A stretch of 20,857 nt of DNA. It comes from Pseudomonadota bacterium. GTDB lineage: Bacteria; Bdellovibrionota_B; Oligoflexia; Oligoflexales; CAIYRB01. Positions 17,267 through 20,857 of this stretch are shown here, piece after piece. A model generated the notes under the pieces. It had not been told where the DNA came from. It did not search any database and worked only from the letters and a program-made list of their open reading frames with translations. The stretch spans positions 1 through 20,857 of the forward strand of contig JANOTL010000116.1 in the NCBI GenBank assembly GCA_031416315.1, written 5' to 3'. The translations under genes and the position numbers were made by a program. The first letter of the stretch is position 1; each line of letters opens with the position of its first letter.

Positions 17267-18151
17267 CTAGTCAGCGCCTCGACTAGTCATCTGTATAGGC
17301 ACCCGGACCCCATCAGGAAGGATCAGCGCCCCGCGCACCTCAGCGCCGGCCTCGACTTCCGCACCCGGAAAGATCACGCAGTCCTCGAGCTTCGCACTCG
17401 GGTGGACGCGAGACCCCGTCTCGACGAAGACGTAGTTTTCGAGCGCTTTCCCGTGCTGACGCGCCATCATGTCGACGATCGCATCCCAGAAGAACTGCGG
17501 ATCGCGCAGGTCGTGCCAGTAGCCTTCGTGCACGAAGGCGCCGATTTTCATGCCCCGGGCCATCGCCACGCGGTAGCCTTGCGTGATGACGTGCGACTCG
17601 CCTTCTTTCGGTAGAAGGTCCAAGAACGCCGGGGATAGGACCTGCGCGCATGCGAAGTTTCGCGGGACTCCGTGCGGTACCTCGTCACCAATGCTCGCAA
17701 CGCAACCACCAACCTCGTACACCGGCTTTTCCCCCGAAATCGGCCGCGGCAAGAGCGCCATCGTCGCCACCCCCCGCGAGAGCCGATGTCGGTTCACCAG
17801 CGCCGCGACGTCGATGTTGTGGACGATGTCGCCGTTCACGACGACCAGCTCGTCGTCGCCGAGCCAGCGGCGAAGCGGGTTGTAGAGACCGCCGGTGCCG
17901 AGGATCGTCGGCTCGTGCGAGACGTGAATTCGCCGACCCGTTAGCAGATGGTATTGCTTCGCGAACGCCTCCACCTGCTCCGCGAGATGGTGCGAGTTCA
18001 CGGCGAGAGCGGTGCAACCCGCTTTGTCGAGAAGCCGCATCGACATCATCAAGGCCGAAGTGCCGAGGAAGGGCACGAGCGGCTTCGGCCAGAAGTCCGT
18101 CAGGGGCCGCATCCGCGTGCCGAGCCCCGCGGCGACGACCAAACCCTTCAT
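17267..18151 (-). CDS. murU: NTP-transferase family nucleotidyltransferase, likely MurNAc-alpha-1-phosphate uridylyltransferase (MurU-like)
   Basis: Motifs AAGLGTRMRPLT...PKPL, VNSHHL, EPTILGTGG, VVNGD and YWHDL. Coupled to the amgK-like gene by an ATGA overlap. The MurU assignment rests on synteny. Confidence 0.78.
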   Translation of the reverse strand: MKGLVVAAGLGTRMRPLTDFWPKPLVPFLGTSALMMSMRLLDKAGCTALAVNSHHLAEQVEAFAKQYHLLTGRRIHVSHEPTILGTGGLYNPLRRWLGDDELVVVNGDIVHNIDVAALVNRHRLSRGVATMALLPRPISGEKPVYEVGGCVASIGDEVPHGVPRNFACAQVLSPAFLDLLPKEGESHVITQGYRVAMARGMKIGAFVHEGYWHDLRDPQFFWDAIVDMMARQHGKALENYVFVETGSRVHPSAKLEDCVIFPGAEVEAGAEVRGALILPDGVRVPIQMTSRGAD

Positions 18152-19290
18152 TTCGCGAGCTGCGCGCGCATCCGCGCGAGGAGCTCACCTGACAGGAAAG
18201 GCCACCGCGCGTCGTAGACCGCCGCCTCTTCGAGCGTTCTCAGCGCCGGGTCCACATATTTCAGATAATCACCACGTTTCTTGTCGACCGTCAAAAAACC
18301 GAAGCTCCCGATCGCCTTGATCTGACGCTGCAGCAGCACGGATTTCCAGGTGGCCGCGACCTCGGCGCTGTCGAGAAGCTCCATGCCTTCGGCCAGAAGC
18401 TCCGCCCGGAAGGCGCCCGTGAACGGCACGTACGAATCAAAATACAGTGAGACGAGGTCGTAGGCTGCGGCGCCGAGCCGGGCGTCTTGGAAATCGATGA
18501 TCGCGACCTGATCCCGCACGATCATCACGTTGCGTGAATGGAAATCGCGATGCACGAATGCCGTCGACAGCTTCGCCAGCACTCCTGCGAGCGCATGGGT
18601 CTCGCGTTCGAAGGAATCCTGCTCCGTCGGCGTGAAGCGGATTCCCGCGACCGCCTGAAGGTACTTTTGCGCGAAAAAGTTGAGCTCCCAAACGTACCGC
18701 TCGGTATCGAAACTGCGCTGGCACCATACCGCCGCCGGGTCCGGGCGAATCGAGAGGAAGCATTTCACCACCTCCGCGCAGCGCCTGTACAAGCCGCTTA
18801 CCGCGTCGAAGTCCCCCTTCTCCGCCAACTCGTAGACCCGACCCTCGAGCATCAGGTCGCCGTAGTCCTCGATGAGGAGCGCGGCGTGATCCTTCATCGT
18901 CGCGAGCACCTGGGGCACCAGCACGCCTTCGCGCGATATGAGACGCCCGAGCGTGATCCAGTCGTAGGAATCGGCCTTGAGCTTTTCGGCATCGACGCCG
19001 GAAAGCTGCATAAGAACGGCGGGATCCGGCCGCCCCCCGCCTTGCACGCGGTAGTAGCATCGGTCGGAGCCGTCGCCCGCCAACCATGAGATCTCGGCAC
19101 CGGACATGGCGAGCGCCTTCGCGACGGCAGCCGCTGGCGGCGGCGGAATCACGGATGCGGGAGCGCCGACCGAAGCGCCTGGGACGCGACGTTGCTCGCG
19201 GTGGCGACGGTATTCGGTCATCTGCCGAGCGTCAAAGGGCGACGTGAACAAACGTATGCCTGTGGTGGAGCGGTCCTCTATTTTTAACAC
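18148..19290 (-). CDS. amgK: APH-family phosphotransferase, likely anomeric MurNAc/GlcNAc kinase AmgK
   Basis: Motifs LAGDGSDRCYYR, IEDYGD, HRDFHSRNVM, IDFQDARLG, YDLVSL and QRQIKAIGSFGFL. Start is uncertain (GTG 19290 or ATG 19221). Confidence 0.85.
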   Translation of the reverse strand: MLKIEDRSTTGIRLFTSPFDARQMTEYRRHREQRRVPGASVGAPASVIPPPPAAAVAKALAMSGAEISWLAGDGSDRCYYRVQGGGRPDPAVLMQLSGVDAEKLKADSYDWITLGRLISREGVLVPQVLATMKDHAALLIEDYGDLMLEGRVYELAEKGDFDAVSGLYRRCAEVVKCFLSIRPDPAAVWCQRSFDTERYVWELNFFAQKYLQAVAGIRFTPTEQDSFERETHALAGVLAKLSTAFVHRDFHSRNVMIVRDQVAIIDFQDARLGAAAYDLVSLYFDSYVPFTGAFRAELLAEGMELLDSAEVAATWKSVLLQRQIKAIGSFGFLTVDKKRGDYLKYVDPALRTLEEAAVYDARWPFLSGELLARMRAQLAK

Positions 19291-19332
19291 GGAGATCCCG
19301 GGTTTCCAAATAGGCTCGCGCTCTTGGCCGGC

Positions 19333-20265
19333 TCAGACCGTGACGAACTCGAGCTCGGGCCCGGACTCGATCGCCAACGAAGCCGCCGAGCTCACATAGA
19401 GCTCGCCGTCGAGCGTGTAGTCAAAGGGCGCGCCCGCCTCCAAAACGAGGGATCGCGAACAAAAGCTCAACTTTCCGGTCGTCGAGCCCTCTTTCAGGCG
19501 GGCGACCGTGATCGGCAGCTTCCAGATCGCCTCGCGCGCCTGGAAGGCGAAGCTCACGCCCTGGAACGGTCCCGGCTCGGTCTTCAGGCGTTGAAAGAGC
19601 GGATAGCCGAGCGGCATTTTTTTCAGCGACGAGTAGAACACCGCAATCGAGTTGTGCCGGATTGAGGGCAACCCGTCGGGCGCGAGCCCGACGTCGAGAT
19701 CCTTCACGACGCGGTAGTGCATCCCACCGCCGACGAAACGGGACGCCCAGACGCCGAGGCACCACAAGAATGCTCCGATCGGTCCAGTCTTCCGCTTGTA
19801 GTATTCCTTGAGAAAGGTCGCCGCGACGCCGTTGCCGAAGAGAAAGCCGTAGTTCCCTTCGACCCGCATCGACCTCAGCTTCGTGACCGTCAGACCCTCG
19901 GAGCGGCCGAAGCCCTCGACCAGGCGATAAAGGATCTGCTCGGGCTTGCCGATCACGCCGAGGTTGTTCGCCAGGACGTTGATCGTGCCGCCGCGTAGCA
20001 ACGCGATCTGCGGCAGCGGCTTTGACCCGTATTCGCTCACGAAGGCGGTGATCGTGCGGCAGATCGTGCCGTCGCCGCCGTTGATCGCGAGGATCGCGAT
20101 GTTCCGGTCTCGAAACTCCCTCGCCACCCGCGTCAGATCCTCTAGGGAGCTCGTCACCTCGAGCTGGCCCTTTTCGCCCAAAATGTAGCCTAAGAGCTCG
20201 GCACGCTTGGGGTTTCGCTTGTTCAACTTCGAGTGCGGATTTGTTATGATCCCGATTCCTGACAT
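19333..20265 (-). CDS. Soluble diacylglycerol/lipid kinase family protein (DAGK_cat, YegS/DgkB-like)
   Basis: Motifs [24 protein letters not shown] and YTLDGE. Confidence 0.88.
   Translation of the reverse strand: MSGIGIITNPHSKLNKRNPKRAELLGYILGEKGQLEVTSSLEDLTRVAREFRDRNIAILAINGGDGTICRTITAFVSEYGSKPLPQIALLRGGTINVLANNLGVIGKPEQILYRLVEGFGRSEGLTVTKLRSMRVEGNYGFLFGNGVAATFLKEYYKRKTGPIGAFLWCLGVWASRFVGGGMHYRVVKDLDVGLAPDGLPSIRHNSIAVFYSSLKKMPLGYPLFQRLKTEPGPFQGVSFAFQAREAIWKLPITVARLKEGSTTGKLSFCSRSLVLEAGAPFDYTLDGELYVSSAASLAIESGPELEFVTV
20222..20250 (+). promoter_or_regulatory. Candidate extended -10 promoter for the sigma factor gene, lying inside the lipid kinase CDS
   Basis: TTCAAC (20222-27) and a 17-nt spacer ending in TG-n, then TATGAT (20245-50), about 25 nt upstream of the TTG start. 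Confidence 0.45.
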
Positions 20266-20274
20266 GAGGCATCC

Positions 20275-20857
20275 TTGACTAAACTTCCGGCGAAATCAGG
20301 ACAACGCAGTCCCGCCACGATATCGCCACTCCAGCTCTATCTCCAACAGATCGCGAAGTACCCTCTTCTCGACCCCGAGGAAGAGTTCGAGCTCGCGCGC
20401 AAGCAAATGGACGACTCGGACGTCGACGCCGCCCACCGCCTCGTCACGTCCAACCTGCGACTCGTCGTCAAAATCGCGAACGACTTTCGTCAAGCTCAGT
20501 TAAATCTCTTGGATCTCATCCAGGAGGGGAACTACGGGCTCATGCAGGCCGTAAAGCGATTCAACCCCTATAAAGGCGTGAAGCTCTCGAGTTACGCGGC
20601 CTGGTGGATCCGCGCGTACATCCTCAAATACATTATGGACAACAAGTCGCAGGTGAAGATCGGAACCACCTCGGACCAGCGTAAGCTCTATTATAACCTG
20701 GAGAAAACCGCTCGGAAGCTCCTCCAGGAGTATGAGACCGTCGACTCCAAGCTCTTGGCCGAGCACCTCAACGTTCGCGAAAAAGACGTGATCGAGATGC
20801 AGATGCGTCTCTCCTCGCCCGACCTGTCGCTCGACGCGCCGCTCGGCGACGACCCCG
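20275..20857 (+). CDS. rpoH: RNA polymerase sigma factor, RpoH/sigma-32 family (5' part; runs off the window)
   Basis: Manual translation from TTG 20275 (GAGG upstream) gives region 1.2 [19 protein letters not shown] and region 2 [43 protein letters not shown]. It also has an RpoH-box-like QRKLYYNL and DLSLDAPL. Absent from the ORF track because there is no stop codon in the window. Confidence 0.9.
   Translation, partial: MTKLPAKSGQRSPATISPLQLYLQQIAKYPLLDPEEEFELARKQMDDSDVDAAHRLVTSNLRLVVKIANDFRQAQLNLLDLIQEGNYGLMQAVKRFNPYKGVKLSSYAAWWIRAYILKYIMDNKSQVKIGTTSDQRKLYYNLEKTARKLLQEYETVDSKLLAEHLNVREKDVIEMQMRLSSPDLSLDAPLGDDP

Noticed and set aside
48..17269. Genome-wide TAG reassignment (alternative genetic code)
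   Set aside because: TAG ends murD (6587-89) at its expected C-terminus and also ends the murU-like gene (17267-69). No other gene in the window has an internal TAG.

Overview
High-GC bacterial chromosomal region, almost all housekeeping and centred on the cell envelope. A Bdellovibrionota/Oligoflexia- or Myxococcota-like host is an inference from gene content. Bases ~1-14.3 kb hold a minus-strand dcw operon: mraZ-rsmH-ftsL-ftsI-murE-murF-murD-ftsW-murC-ftsQ-ftsA-ftsZ. It has a sigma70 promoter with phased MraZ boxes and an internal ftsZ promoter, and it lacks mraY, murG, murB and ddl. Next come an uncharacterised multi-pass membrane protein with a sigma54-type promoter, a divergent double-LysM lipoprotein, and an unexplained 314-bp spacer between convergent genes. 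The window ends with a minus-strand DAG-kinase-family/amgK/murU-like operon and the 5' part of an RpoH-family sigma factor gene that the ORF track misses. The most notable anomaly is an in-frame TAG in ftsZ before any conserved C-terminal peptide, after which the frame stays open and protein-like to the window edge. I found no mobile element, CRISPR array, tRNA or rRNA, and no clearly new biological system can be established from sequence alone.
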